55,260 nt of DNA from a virus (taxonomy: Duplodnaviria > Caudoviricetes), in the IMG/VR virus record IMGVR_UViG_3300020220_002267, positions 1 to 55,260 of that record. The stretch is one strand, 5' to 3'. Under the pieces are notes generated by a model. The model was not told where the DNA came from and did no database searches. It was given only the letters and a program-made list of their open reading frames with translations. Positions 54,663 through 55,260 of this stretch are shown piece after piece; position 1 is the first letter of the stretch, and each line of letters begins with the position of its first letter. Made by a program: the position numbers and the translations under genes.

Positions 54663-54853
54663 GGAATCCTTCCTCCGGAAGCGGTGGGGTCTGAGCGCGG
54701 GCGGGCCCGAAGACGGCAGACCCTTTCGCTGATATGGGCCCGGTATAGACAGACTATCCAAAACCGAGATGAAGTTTCTGGGGGTTTGGAGTTAGGGCCG
54801 CCAGCCTGAAACTCCGGAGCGGGACTTTACCCAGCCACACAAGGTTGGGGGTC

Positions 54854-55258
54854 TCAACCTCCCGTATCCTTGTAGTTCAAGGACAGATCCTTGTCTTTCC
54901 CATCGACATCCGGATCGTCCTGCACTTTCATGCGCTCCCGCTTGCTGTCGTCCCGAGATGGCTTCTTCGACGGGCTCTGCCGCACCAGCCGTTCCGCCTC
55001 TGCCTCCTCCCGTTCGCCTTGAGTCTTGGTTGCCACTCGTTGGAACCATGCAGTGACCACGCGCTCGACCGACGCATCTTTCAGATTGTCGATGACGGTG
55101 CCGTCCTTCATGAAGGCATCCTCGAGCCCCGGCACGAGGTACTGGGTCCGCAACGTGGATGCCTCGTGGCCCACGGCTTCGGCGGTCGCCTCGAGGGCCT
55201 TCTTGAACTCATCCTTGAGGATCTTGTCCTTGTCCTTTCGACCCTTGGGGAGTTCGGG
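54854..55258 (-). CDS. DNA topoisomerase IB C-terminal part (5' end outside window) with extra tail
   Basis: KKALEATAEAVGHEASTLRTQYLVP resembles the GH(T)xxxxRxxY catalytic-Tyr motif of viral/bacterial TopIB. Confidence 0.6.
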   Translation of the reverse strand, partial: PELPKGRKDKDKILKDEFKKALEATAEAVGHEASTLRTQYLVPGLEDAFMKDGTVIDNLKDASVERVVTAWFQRVATKTQGEREEAEAERLVRQSPSKKPSRDDSKRERMKVQDDPDVDGKDKDLSLNYKDTGG

Positions 55259-55260
55259 CC

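Overview
High-GC fragment of a large tailed phage or prophage genome; no host housekeeping block is visible. The left part (plus strand) carries a divergent EF-Tu, then a ubiquitin-like conjugation locus (VWA, candidate E2-like, JAB/JAMM peptidase, Ubl ending ...FGA, ThiF/E1). The E1 gene appears to have been rebuilt at both ends by two flanking LAGLIDADG homing endonuclease genes. Next is a cluster of four non-canonical tRNA-like RNAs, including an apparently circularly permuted tRNA(CAU) with encoded CCA. The middle mixes accessory enzymes (dCMP deaminase, aminotransferase, HAD nucleotidase, SpoT-type HD hydrolase, CoaB-like protein, methyltransferase, RNase HI, thioredoxin, Nudix, RNA ligase) with minus-strand virion-type genes. 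It also holds a second tRNA/Y-RNA-like small RNA and a roughly 600-nt GNRA-rich non-coding RNA. The right end is a head module (probable prohead protease, scaffolds, decoration and major capsid proteins) and a partial topoisomerase IB. Two recurring promoter-like motifs partition the genes: GTTCAG-N15/16-CGTA (13 sites, accessory genes) and CGGT-N7-CTAT (minus-strand, mostly virion-type genes). Many unrelated minus-strand proteins share an LRxxVIRLAHxxPxLRxxLLPLL leader and/or an RVAxR/A motif followed by [K/R]xA, suggesting a capsid-cargo targeting and maturation system. All family calls come from motif recognition by eye; no searches were run.
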